Shown here: positions 1 through 11,386 of the stretch, one piece after another
Position numbering within the stretch: position 1 is the first letter of the stretch
Layout of the letters: every line of letters starts with the position of its first letter
DNA from: Amoebophrya sp. A120
Taxonomy: Eukaryota > Protista > Dinoflagellata
Reading direction: 5' to 3'
NCBI GenBank assembly: GCA_905178155.1
Contig: CAJINV010000012.1
Span: 2,258,166-2,322,165 of the forward strand
Length of the DNA stretch: 64,000 nucleotides
Translations under genes and position numbers: made by a program
The notes under the pieces: model-generated
Seen by the model: only the letters and a program-made list of their open reading frames with translations
Databases searched by the model: none
Told to the model about the DNA's origin: nothing

Positions 1-3000
1 TGGGATGTGGACCGCGCGGCTGTTGATGTACGCTTCTTAGCCGGTTTCTTCGCCGATGGCTCCTCTTTCTCGGATTGGGCAGTAGATTCTGCTGCGCTGG
101 TGGCATTGGTTTCTTCTGCTTCGATGTAGTCGTCCGAGAGTTCCTCGGCATCATCCTCTTCGTCCTCGTCCTCGGACGTTGTTGCTTCGACCTGATCAAA
201 GGGGACTTCTTTGCGCTGGTCCAGATGGATGGGATGGAGATCGTCGTAGTGCTGCATGGCCTGCATTTCGTTCTCCACCAGAAGTTTCCGGAGCAGGTCA
301 TTTTGTTTTGTGAACTCAGCGCCTGCTGGCTTGCAATGCTTCGGCTGGTAATACCTTTTTCGGTTGGTCTGCCCCAGGTGCACGGCCGCCCTGTGGAAGT
401 GCCTCGCGTGCTCCCTCATCGTCCGGCTGTTGAGATCCTTGTGTAGCGGCCATATGATGCGGCAGAATTCCAGCCAGTCGAGGTACATCAGGCACAAAGT
501 TGCTTCCAACTGCATGGGGCTTTCCGGAAATTGGTGGAGCTCATCAATGACGGCGCCTTGCATCGGCACTTGCGCATATCGCGCGAGGCGTCCCTCTATG
601 TGTTCTGCTAGCCAGTTCGGGACACATCCTGCTCGTTTTGCATGATGCCAGGCGTATCGTACTGAGTGGGCTGGGAGTTTGAGGTCTTTCGGTATCGCCG
701 TCATTAGCGTTAGTGACGTCTGGTCTCTCGCCGGGGCGGAAAAGCAAACTGCGTCGCTCAGTATGTCGCCGCGTGCCACGCTGTGATTAGTGTGTGATGG
801 TTGATATTGCAATAGTGTGCGCTCAGAGGTCTGTTCTCATTAGTGGCGTTCGCATGACACGGATCTGCATGACAGACAAAGAGGAGAGAGAGGGGAGGGG
901 GGGGATGTACCTTTTCCAGTATCGGTCGCTGCAATGCTTGCTCGTGAACGCGTGCTCAAGTGCGTCATCACCTGGGTGCTGTGGATAGGTGAAGTCGGGT
1001 CGTAGTGTCGCTCCTGTCAAAAGTGCTAATCCCGCATTCTTCGGATAGCATCTTACTCCCCAGTCCCCAGCGTCAAGGGACGCTGGGCACCTGTCTTTGT
1101 GGACGTTGATGAACAATTTGGATTGCAGGTCTCGGAGAGCCGACGCCGATGGTGCCCGGTCAAGTTGCACTTGTACTAATTCGAATCGACGCATTATTTC
1201 TTGGAACGGGAGTCCACTGCTAATTAAGTGTGATGCTATAGCCATCAGCTCCTTTTGGTACTCGTTCTTGCAGTCGGCCCCAGTAGTCCATGCGGTGGCT
1301 GTCGACGTAGACGTGCTGTGACCAGCTGAAACCTGTTGAGCTTCGATCGCCGACTGGGTCAATTTTCAACGGCGGGACCTTGAGGGGTTGCGTCGTCGGT
1401 TTGTCGGCTGCAATGGCGTTCTTCAGGATGCTTCGCGGGAGTACCTCCGCTGTTGTGCGCTCCTCCGCTTTCGGCACCGGTGGGAGTGCTGCCTCGGGTT
1501 GTGCGAAGACAGAGGATGTTGCTGGCTGTTTATCCGCTGGGGGAGCCGCATGCTTCTTCGGCCGTCCTCTGGCCTTCTTGGACGCGTCTTCTTGGTCCGA
1601 GCTTTTGCTGCGTGATCGCTTGTTGCCTGTGCTGGCTTTTTCTCCTGTGTCCGCCTTTTTGCTGCGAGCAGTTTTTTTCTTTTCGGTATTGGCCTTGCTT
1701 GTCGCTGGCTTGGCCTCCTCATCCTTGCCTTTTTGCTGGGAGGTACTGCTGGTCGCTGTGTTCTTTGCTGTGTGGTCGCTTTTGTTGCTGCTTTGTCTGC
1801 CGAACAGGTCGAGCTCGTCGTCCTGCGGCGCCAACGGGGAGCATTGATTGAAAGTCGTTCCTGGGCTGCTCCGGATTTGTTTTCCCAGATCGAATATGCT
1901 CGGCCGAACTTGTAGTCGGCGAGCGTCGAGGTGGCTCGGCGCGGCGAGGAGGATTTCTTGATTGGGGACGGGCCAAGGAAGAGCGCCGTAGCTGTTTTTT
2001 CCCTGTTGATGAAGTTTCCTAGTGCCGGGGGATGCGACTGATCAAATGGCACCGACGAGCTCTTGATACCGAAGAGAGAGGAGGAAGCAGCTTGCTGCTG
2101 TTTGGCTCTCTCCCGCGCACGCTCCTCCTGCTGTGCTTTGATTTTCTTCACTATGCTGTCCATCCTTTCTCGATCATGCGGTCCGATGGTCGTGGTTTGC
2201 TTCGGCGCCTCTGGTTCTGTCGGGGCGGGAAGCTTGTTCTTGGTGTCGCCTGAGGGCGGTAATGGGGGCACGCCAGCCTCGGTTTCTTGCGTTTCGGCTC
2301 GCGGCTGCTCATCTATGATACCTGCAAAAACAAGTGTTTGATATTATCACGCCATCATGTAGCAGGGTGCCACGTGGGCCCGCCATGGGAGGGGGGGGAT
2401 TGCATGACAGGCAAGGCGGGTTTCATTCTATGCGATACATCCTTGCTCGCATGCAAAAGTCGACTTTGATTAACACAGAGTCGATTTTTTATACCAGCTG
2501 TAGACGGCGAAGTGAGATTTACGCGGAGTCTCACTGTCTTCTTATCCTCGGTCTCCTTACCTATGGCGTCCTCGCTGTCGATCGCTTCCTGTAGCATCGC
2601 ATGGCCCATTGGATCAAATTGAACGCTGTGGCTAAGTTCGGACTCGGTGACTCTGAACTCAGACGGCGGGTCTGGGCTCGGATCCTTGGGGGGCACGAGG
2701 GCGACGCTCGTTCGCGGAGGGGTGCCCGGAACAGTGCGTCTTGGCAGGAGCGGGAGGTCAAATACGGGTGGTGGGCGTACGAGATGGAGAAGGCTGGTCG
2801 CCTTCGGTGACGACGGTGTAGGTGCGTCTCGGGCGAGAAGCGGGGCACCTGTCAGCTAATGCTCCGTCGCAAGCGCTCTGTGGACCGACAACGAGATTTG
2901 TTGCTTGACACTGTTTTTCACATCAGCTGTTGTTCGTCGACAGCAGTTGGTAGCTGGCGGGCGCGACGCGCCGTGATGTAGTGGACAAGACTAAGTCGAG

Positions 3001-3709
3001 ACAGCACAAACACAGGGCGGACAAGACACGCCAAAAACAAAAACAGCTCTCACTCACAAATCACTGCACTACGTCCCTATTTGTAAATGTTACCTGTCGC
3101 TGGGGCGTGGAATTGCGGGTGGTGTTGGTACAGAAATTCCTGGGCTCTCCTTAATGGCGGTAAGGCGTCCTTGTCGTTGGGTTGGGGATCGGTGCGAAGG
3201 GGGGCCAGGTGCGCGGCTGTGTCGACCACGGTGCGCACGGCTGTTTCCTTCTCGACGATCGCAGGCTGGCTTGTAGCAGCGGCATCGGTGTGCACGGCTG
3301 TTTCCTGAGATTTGTCGTTGTCCACGGCTTTTTCCTGAATTTTGGCGCTGTACACGGCTGTTTCGTCCGATACGGCCATGTGCTCGGCAGAGGGGGTTGT
3401 GGCAGGGGGGTCGTGCGCGGCCTTCTGGTCCGCTGGTGCTGGCTCGTCTACTCGGATCTCCTCTTGTAGCTGCAGCTTATCTTCTTTACCTGAAGGAAAG
3501 AGATTGATAAATTTTTTCTGACGCAAGTGGCTTGATCGTAAGGGGGAATCAATATTCCAGGACAGATTGCTTACAACAATTTTTTCTTTCTACAGGCACG
3601 CGCTGATCAGCGTGCAACAACAAACTGCTATAGAAAAAGCCATACAGTTTTTTCGTCTGCCGGCGGCGCCGGCTTTGGGTGTCGCGGTCGTGTTCTTGTT
3701 TTTGGCCAT
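1..3709 (-). CDS. Multi-exon hypothetical protein (Pro/Lys/acidic low complexity), 3' end beyond window
   Basis: ATG at 3709 (MAKNKNTT). Phase-compatible GT-AG introns at about 3490-3645, 2849-3093, 2322-2494 and 783-910 join the listed ORFs. Frame switches near 1850, 1360 and 350 are unresolved. Confidence 0.55.
3235..3370. repeat. Coding repeat, 4 copies of cacggct(g/t)tttc (E-T/K-A-V), last three at 30-bp period
   Basis: Copies near 3236, 3293, 3323, 3353 inside an exon. Confidence 0.75.
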
Positions 3710-4115
3710 CTTTGTTGACAATTTAACTTTGAGTTTGTGAGTAGTAGTTTGTTTCCCGTCAGAAACAGCCTAATTGGTAGGTGAGTTACGTGTAATTCGG
3801 GCCTGCACGCAATAACGCAAGCGACAAAGAAAGAACCGACTCAGTCCTGCTGTTTGATCCTGCTGCTTGATCCTGCCGAATCGCTGAAACATTGATCCTG
3901 CTGCTTGATCATCGCGGAACTTGTTTTTTGCGAGCTGCTGTGTCGCGATGAGATCTATTTCTTGTTGGGTGTGTGGCTGCATGGCAAGCTGCTGCGTTGC
4001 CGCATGGCCCGTGGTTGATCAATGTGGGACTGCGGGTGAACAGGGTGCGAGAGCAGTGGATCACAAAACAGGGGCAGCAGTGACGTACTGCACAACTGCA
4101 AAGTCCTATAATTAC

Positions 4116-5022
4116 TTAGTCCTCAGCGATCGCCGGGCGGAATCTGTATTCGCCTCGGTCGTACCGCACTGCAAAGCGATACTGACCAAAGTAATCCAAT
4201 TCGATGCTGCAAGAACGAGGCCTGTGTCCTGCCTTATGCATCAGAGCAACACGCTTCTCGATGCCTTCGCTCAGCTGCTCTAGCGGCACACTTGCTAGCT
4301 CTAAGGAATTTCTCGCTGCGAGCTCACTAAATCGATCGCTCCAAGCATTCACTTTCTCATCAAAATCGAGCTGGTTATAAAAACCAGAACTGCCAGCGCC
4401 AGAGATGCAATTCTGTAAGTCGCACTCCTGCTCGCTGGTTAGCTCGGGGGCGGCAGCGTGTGGCTTGTCGGAGGGTCCTCTCACCACGACGGAACTTCTG
4501 TGCAAAGTCTGTTTCTCGCCCGTATTTTGTTGCTCGAGTCGTCGCAAATTTTGGCTGCACAGGGCCAACGGTGGAGAGCGCGCCGGCGACTTCTTGTTGC
4601 GCTTCGCTTGGCGACTCGCAGTGTACCTGTAGCAGAAAATAAATGGCAATTTGCTTGTTAAAAATTTCCTGGCATGCCGAGCACAGCATCAACATGGCTT
4701 CACAGAAAGGGCTGAAGAAACACACAAGTGAGGGGCTTTTCGCACAAACGCGCCGTATTCTTTTGCGGCTAGGGCAGTAAGATTACCTTTCTGGCATGCT
4801 CCCGAACTCTCGGCCCAGGGCAGCGTCTGCGGCGGCGTCAACGAAGTCCTCGATAGACTCGGCGTCGAGCAAGTCGCTCATGAACCGATCGCGCTTCTCC
4901 TTGGTGTCGGTTCTGGTGTGGTGCTCCACTATGTACTGCCGCTGGGCCATATTGTGCAAGTCCATCTTGAATTGATGGGAAGGCATTACACAAATTCTCC
5001 TATGTTTTTGATGATTGTTCAT
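4116..5022 (-). CDS. Two-exon hypothetical protein
   Basis: ORF 4783-5055 joins ORF 4116-4649 via a phase-2 GT-AG intron at about 4627-4786 (GSMPER|YTASRQ). Confidence 0.45.
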
Positions 5023-5051
5023 TGTGCCGAGCGAGCGAGAAAAGGACAAGA

Positions 5052-5312
5052 TCACAGCGTGGCGGCCGGCATTGCCTTTTTGAGCGTGTCTATCAAGGCC
5101 TGGGCCGTCTCGGAGAGACGATTTTGCGCCGAACCGCCCTGGAACAACAGCGCTCCTGTAGTTCGGTAGTACGTGATCGTGACACGCTGGCCTGCGACCA
5201 CGTGCGCGGTCCGTAACGCATCACTTTCGATTCTTTCCCAGCATAGAGTCGACTGGCATGTAAGTTCCACGATCCTTACAGCGTTGTGCTCGCTGTGCAC
5301 CTTAATCGGCAT
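5052..5312 (-). CDS. Small ORF with VTITYYRTTGALLFQG motif (resembles TBP-like N-terminal domain of RNase HIII)
   Basis: 86-aa ATG-started ORF; motif resemblance by eye only. Confidence 0.35.
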   Translation of the reverse strand: MPIKVHSEHNAVRIVELTCQSTLCWERIESDALRTAHVVAGQRVTITYYRTTGALLFQGGSAQNRLSETAQALIDTLKKAMPAATL

Positions 5313-5849
5313 TTTTTGATGCTAAAGCAAGATGATCCTGCTCAAAATGTGGGAAAAAAGCGGACAGGGTGATCGCTATCCGCGCACGCTGCGCTGCAAG
5401 ATCCAGAACAACGGGCACACGACGTGCATTTTGGCGATGGTATGGAACAGATCGCAATCTTGCTGGTGCGCAAAGCAAACAAAAAGGGCAGAAAGATGAT
5501 CGTGATCTCAGTGTGGAAAAGGTGGAGCGAACATCAAGCTTTTTGCTTTCACAGGATCCAACGCGAGCATCGAGCTGTATGAGTAACCAAGCTCTTTCGT
5601 GCTGCTATTCGCTGCCTTGGTTGCGTATTGTAGTGCGCTGACAAGCGGACCTTGGGAGTGCTAGTCTCACTGTGCTCGGACAATACAAACGTGTAGCTGT
5701 GGTCGCTTCACGCAGTAGCGGTGTCCATGCCTGTGGTGTCTGTGCTCGGGCTGTGGTGCTGCATGTCACCTGATAGTCGATTGGTGTGGATCGTGAGGGA
5801 GTTAGCATTTTGATCACATGACGGCGTGTAAAAATGCATGACAAACATA

Positions 5850-7200
5850 TTGCACTATGCCTGTGCTTGTTCCAGCGCGGACGGGTGCAGGTCGTTCGCA
5901 GTGTTCTTCAGCGCGTGATGCGACGATGCCAGGTGTGTGCATGGTGGTGCCGCAGGTCTGCATATGCAACGGGAGGCAACGCCACCTGCTGTCACCGTGT
6001 GTGGTGCCAGCAGGTTGCTTGCCAGCTGCTCAGGTCGGCAGCCTGTAGCAGCTGATGGCCCGCAGCGGGCTGCGCTGCGCCACGACGTCGGGCGATCAAA
6101 CATCGTGTTGCAACGTGAGTGACAGCACATAGTGTCGGGGACGACACCTACGTGCTGCGCACGGGGGTTGTGCACCATGACTTGTGCTTGTTTGCGCCAC
6201 ATGGGACAGCGTGCACACACGTGCACGCGCGTGTGCGAGCGTGCTGGCCGATGCACGCGGTCGTGCGGGTGGGGACCCGTACGCGCCGCTGCACGCACAC
6301 TTGCAGCGTGCTGACACACACGGTTGCATGCGTACACACGCTGCGCTGGCGCCGGCGGGTGAAACCACCGTCGACCGCAGCGTGCCTGCCGGCAGGCGCG
6401 CATGCACGAGCGTGCGCATGCGCGCCGGCGGGCGCGTGCGTGCGCGTCGATGCGCACGCACATGTGGGTCAAGCAAGTGTGCACACGGTTGTGCTACCAC
6501 GTGAGCACGCCTGCGTGACGCGCGGGCCACGCAGGGCAGGACGGACGGGTCGTGCGAGTGCAACAAGACGTTGCCGCCGCAGCCCGGCCGTGCAGTGCAA
6601 GGGAGAGAGCGGCGCGTCACACCACATCGCAGTGGAGGGACACGCCGGTGCCACGGGTGGCATGAGAAGTGGACAGGGAGCGCTACGCGCGCCCCCCGGG
6701 AGGACGTCAGGATCGCAGGCGCACGAGCGGTGCGCTGGAACCACGACGCCACCCACGCCGCACTTGGATGTGCGGGCGGGAGGTCCATGCGCCCGACCTT
6801 CACCTACGAGGTCGCACGACGCACGGGCCTATGCACTTACACAACCCTATCTGGACCAGACGGGGAGGTGCAAGGCGGCGGGGGCGCGGCAGCTGCCAAA
6901 GCAGCGCCCCCTAGGCATGAAGTGTGAGTGCCGACACCGACGCGTGCACAGGTCTTCTAGCCTGCACACCGGTGGAGCATAACACACACGCCTTGCGGTG
7001 TCCAACCGCACGTTGCTCGGTCCCCCTCGGGGGAGCTGGCAACGTAAGAACGCGTGCTGCAGAGGCAGCACTGGGTGCGAAGGGGTGCTCGCGCACCACA
7101 GACGCGTGTCGTGAGGGACACATAGTCGCATCGACGCGACGGTGCTGCGTGAGGTGCAGCGCTGCGTGAGGTGCAGCGTGGCGCGAAGACGCAGCCACAG
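5850..7200. repeat. GC-rich alternating purine-pyrimidine island
   Basis: Dense gtgc/gcac/cgcg words; 29-nt uninterrupted RY run at 6209-6237; ORFs in all frames are Arg/Ala/Cys/His-rich and look spurious. Confidence 0.7.
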
Positions 7201-7214
7201 TGCCGACGGGCACA

Positions 7215-7550
7215 GATTCATCACAGATGAACCGATGGTGTACCAAGAGGTGGTAACTTTGTCATCCAGGACAAGAGAAGTTGACCTCTCCCCCGAGGTG
7301 GGACGGTCGTTTTGTACCCGAGACCCACCCCCAGTCGCACAGCGAAAGGAGGCAGGGTCGAGCACAAACGACCGGTGGCGAAGGCCACGAAGAGGCGGTG
7401 ACAGGTTGCCAGACAGGCAGCTGTCGCCGCGTGAGGGTCGAAACCGACACGACAACGAGTGCGGCTGAGCCACACAGTATGTCCAACCAATTCGTCGAGA
7501 CCGCTTACGCGCGTAAACATCCATCAGACCAAACAGCATGGGCGGCACCT
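7215..7550. ncRNA. Candidate structured non-coding element (run of hairpins), unassigned
   Basis: Stem-loops at 7217-7231, 7252-7286, 7305-7373, 7375-7388, 7395-7430, 7437-7448 and palindrome ttacgcgcgtaa at 7505-7516. Confidence 0.4.
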
Positions 7551-7568
7551 CAGTCTAGTTACCAAGTC

Positions 7569-8580
7569 CTAAAAAGCCAGCTATCCTCTGCAAAAGTATC
7601 GCACTGGTATAAATTATGCAAGTCTTGCATTACAAATCTTGCTCCCAGGAAAGCAAATCAGCATGACAAATTCCATTTCTCGCGCTGAGGAAATTTGTAA
7701 TGCAATTTATACTAGTGCGTTAGTTTTGCAGTTCATACCAGCGACGCCCCCGCATCCAGTCGCCCGACGACTTTTTTGAAACCTAGCTGCCCCAGAATCG
7801 CGTTCGTTTCCTCCAGGGATAAACCCTTCCGCATCGCTCTTCTGATCGCCAGTTTCCGGGGCAGATCTTGGTAGTACTTCATCTCTTTAAACGCCTCTTT
7901 CGCCTCAACAAGCGCGTTTGTGTCGCTGATTCCATTCTTCACGATTTTCGTGATCATGTGCTGTCTTTCCTTGACCCGCCTCTCCGACTTCCTCCGGAGG
8001 AACTCCGGGTGGGATTGCTGCAACTTTTCCATTATGAAATGCAAAAGCATCGTAGTCGTACTAGCAGCAATCGCATTACAAATTATTGGCTCAGCATCAC
8101 AAATGGAATCTCTCATGCTGACTTACTTTGAAAGAGCGATTTGCCATGCATAAACGCGATTACTTTTACGACGAGTACGATACTTTTGCACAGGATATCC
8201 ATGCAACCGCGCGAAGTTCCCAACCCGATTGCGAGGGAATTTCGGAGCGATTTCTTCACTTCCTGGTCGTCTAGCAACGTGCCGAATTGAAACGCGGTGG
8301 AGGAGAGCAGTCGGTTCGTCTGCGTTAGTGTCTCTTCCAAAGAGGACAGTCTTGGTGGCGGCTCGTAGTTGTTATTGGCATTGTAATCGTTTATCGTTGT
8401 GCTAGTACTTCGAGCAGCTCTGGGCGACGAGGGTGATCCGGCCAACTTCCCGAGCGCGACCGGGAGTTTCGGGACCACCTGGACTTCGTGGAGCTCCGGT
8501 GGGGTCCGCTCGCCGGTTTCCAAGCGCGGAGTCGACATGGCGTCATCGTCCTTGCCGGCGTCTAGTATCGAGGTGGACAT
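7569..8580 (-). CDS. Hypothetical coiled-coil protein, paralogous to the central part of gene 14432-19894; two introner insertions; start uncertain
   Basis: Removing 8033-8197 and 7582-7737 (each plus one repeat) gives ...TSRGCMEKLQQSHPEFLRRKSERRVKERQHMITKIVKNG...ASLAF*. Confidence 0.7.
7582..7737. mobile_element. Introner/MITE family A
   Basis: Ends tatcctctgcaaaagtatcgcact...agtgcgttagttttgcagttcata; 5-bp direct repeat ccagc. Confidence 0.92.
8033..8197. mobile_element. Introner/MITE family A (opposite orientation)
   Basis: Ends tatgaaatgcaaaagcatcg...cgatacttttgcacaggata; repeat tccat; removal restores C-M-E-K-L. Confidence 0.95.
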
Positions 8581-9686
8581 GGCAGAGGGACTTTGTAGGC
8601 TGAAGTTTGATAAAACAAGTTGAAGTTGTACGCCTGAAAAAGATAATAGCAACAGCTCCAAAACAAACACTGACTGGGGGTCCCAGTGGCGATCTACTGC
8701 CGGGGGTACCGGGTTGGGGCGAAGTATGTATTTGAATTTCGTGCTGAAAATCTTATTTAATTCTAGGAGTTGTACAGGCTATTGTGTTCTTTACAAATAG
8801 CCGTCGACCTGACGACGACATGTGGTGGTGAGGCTAGTATTTGATCATGGTGATCATTCTGTTAACTGAACTGCACGTCATCGGCCGTCACAGGACCAAC
8901 ATCTTCGATGACGACAATCAACACACATCTAACCGGCACGAATACATACGAATGTGTGCGACGCATACACTTGTTGGAACGAAACAAAGATTGGACGAGC
9001 GACAAATTCGGAACGACAATGGTCATGGAGTTTGCACGAAACAGGCACTAGAGAACCGAATCAGACTGTGTTTTTTGCTATGATTTTATCTTTATTTGAA
9101 GACTCGATGCCGCCCTGCTGCAGCACGCCACGCCCGGAGAATACCAGTTTTTGTTCTCCACCAAGTGCCATCCTGAGGCCGAGCACACTTGTGACGGTGG
9201 CAAGTAGAGCCATTCGAAGGGGATTGAGTTTGATACTTACAGTGTCGTCTTAATTTTCATTTGCGAGAGGATATTTGTATTTACTTGTTTATTTGTTCGC
9301 GTGCTTTATTCTTAATATTGGAGTAGTGCATCTTCGGTAGGGGTACTGCTCTTTCCTGAAGCTAAAAAGCGCGGCCGCGTCTGCAATTTCGAAGAAATAA
9401 CTACAACAGAGGAAACAACCCATGACAGGCGTTCCTCTGCGTCGCACGTGCTTTCGCAGCGATAGATGCGCATTTGTATTGCAACAAGTACTTGTGCGTG
9501 CGAACTAAGATGTTGAAAGGAGAATTGTGGTGCCGTGTCTTGATCTTGATGTCCCCATGAAAGTGTCGTCCGCATCATATTTGCTATTCGTGATCGTTCT
9601 TCAAAAAAAATAGCGCGCCATTGCCTCAATCAACCCTTAACCACCCGCACGAAAGGACGGGGCGGCACGGGGGTTCCGCCTCCTCG

Positions 9687-9947
9687 TATCAAACGCAAAA
9701 GTGTCTGGGTCTGGAAGCACGGGAGTTTGTCATGCTCAGCTAGCATGACTCTCAAGTCTGTCATGCAGCACGTTATCCAAGAAAAGCTGCGGCTTTCTGT
9801 CATGCAAAAACGCAGTTTGTCATGCTGAATAGACAACACGTAGCAAGTCAGAAACTTCTTGTCATGTTGAGCCGTCACTTGTGGCATCCTCATGATTCGC
9901 CACTCAGCATCACAAGTTTCTAGACCCAGACATTTTTGCAACCCATA
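9687..9947. mobile_element. Introner/MITE family B, outside any confidently called CDS
   Basis: Ends tatcaaacgcaaaagtgtctgggtctggaa...ttctagacccagacatttttgcaacccata; repeat cctcg/ccccg. Confidence 0.9.
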
Positions 9948-10197
9948 CCCCGCTGAAGAAAGCAAAAGCACGCGGCGCCGGGGGCACCGCTCTCTTCGCG
10001 GTAGTGTCCGACGCTCTTTAGCTCAGATTCAAAAAATATAAAAACAAATCAAATTTGATAGGAATACGAGACTTCTTTAAAATTGATTGAGTTTGGCGTG
10101 CTCGGAAAAAGACATTATAACTTTCATTCGACATTGACATAAGTGATTTACTCTATTCATATTCTTGAGAAGATTACATGCATTTGAAAAAAAAAGA

Positions 10198-11251
10198 TTA
10201 TAACCACGAATGCTGAGAGCGAGGAAGCGGTGGCTTAATTATTCGAGAGGTGATGAAAATATGCATTTTCTTTCTTCCACTTTTTTGTACTTTTGTCTCT
10301 TGTTCGGTTTTGCAATTGGGCACAACTTCAGATACACAATTAGAATTACCTTTATTTGCTGCGAAAAATAATGTGACGAGTATGTGTTCACTTACGAAGA
10401 ACTCCTGGGGGGAGACTTGACAAGCGGTAGCTGCGTCCGGGAAGAGCAAACTTCCAGTCTCGATCGGCGGCGATGGGGGTCGCTGTTTTGACATCAAAGT
10501 TTCGCGCACTTCTTCTCGGAATCCCGACTCTGCTGCTTTGTCCACCTGTAATTTTCCCAGTTTAGAAAGAACTTTCTTCATGTCAAGTACGGACATGGAT
10601 AGGGCGCCCAAGCCATTCACTCAGAATGCAGATGCGCAGCCACGCGGCTATTTTTTCTGTATAGGGCCCACAACTCCGCCACCGCTACGACTACGCCTTG
10701 AATCGAAACGGTACAGCCCCCGTCTTCATAAACCAAATAAATCGAGGTCGTGTCGAGCCAACAGCCCATGCAGAGTGCGACTGCAAAAAACGCGACGTGC
10801 CTTAGCATCTCTCGCAAAGAAAAAGTCATAGTTTTCGTATAGAACAGCGTACCTGTGTAAAGCGTCCATTCCTGCGCCTGCTGATAAACGACTAGGAGTG
10901 CAAAAGCGGGCGCGTGCCCTGGGTGTCTTCGTTTTCGGATGCGGAAGAGGCGGAGTGCTTCTCGCTCTCGTACACGAGCGCCCGAAGTTCCAGGGCTTTT
11001 TTCAAGTTCCGGTTTGCCCGGCTAAACAGATGCTCCTTTTTCTTGGCAGCTGCCGGCGCGGCCTTGGCTGCAGAAGGGTGGGCGGCATTCTTGGCCGCGG
11101 ACGAACCCGGGCTGGCTACTTCGTCATCCGCGGCCACAGGAGAGGATGCACTGGGGACGATTTCTTTGTCAGTGCTGGACCCTTCGTTTTCGTTGGTCGA
11201 CCCTGCATCAGTGTCGGTCGCTATCCACCTGTGCAAAACCACATTACCCAC
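10198..11251 (-). CDS. Possible exons of an unresolved gene (or 3' exons of the 11387-13609 gene)
   Basis: ORFs 10892-11251 and 10198-10620, with cacag-type acceptors near 11228 and 10853; no complete model built. Confidence 0.25.
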
Positions 11252-11386
11252 CCCACACTCAGACTCAAGATGGGAGGAACTCTACGATGAACAAGTCCGA
11301 TTGATTCACACATGAAGAATTTGGCTAGGCAGCGCAGTACTGCCGAGATAGCTAGAAGTTATCTCGTAGTTAATAGCACATGGCAA

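Noticed and set aside
2715-2732. 18-nt exact match cggaggggtgcccggaac with 55256-55273
   Set aside because: No extension on either side, GC-rich, and one copy is coding; probably chance.
1-5400. Integrated virus or autonomous transposon encoding the introner transposase
   Set aside because: The ORFs join through ordinary GT-AG introns, and no integrase, transposase, RT or capsid motif was recognised anywhere in the window.
5855-7246. Long overlapping ORFs in the RY island
   Set aside because: Stop-codon depletion from composition; translations lack protein-like character.
7370-7400. HDV-like ribozyme (gcctcttcgtggc on the minus strand resembles P3/L3)
   Set aside because: No convincing P1, P2 or J4/2 catalytic segment could be placed.
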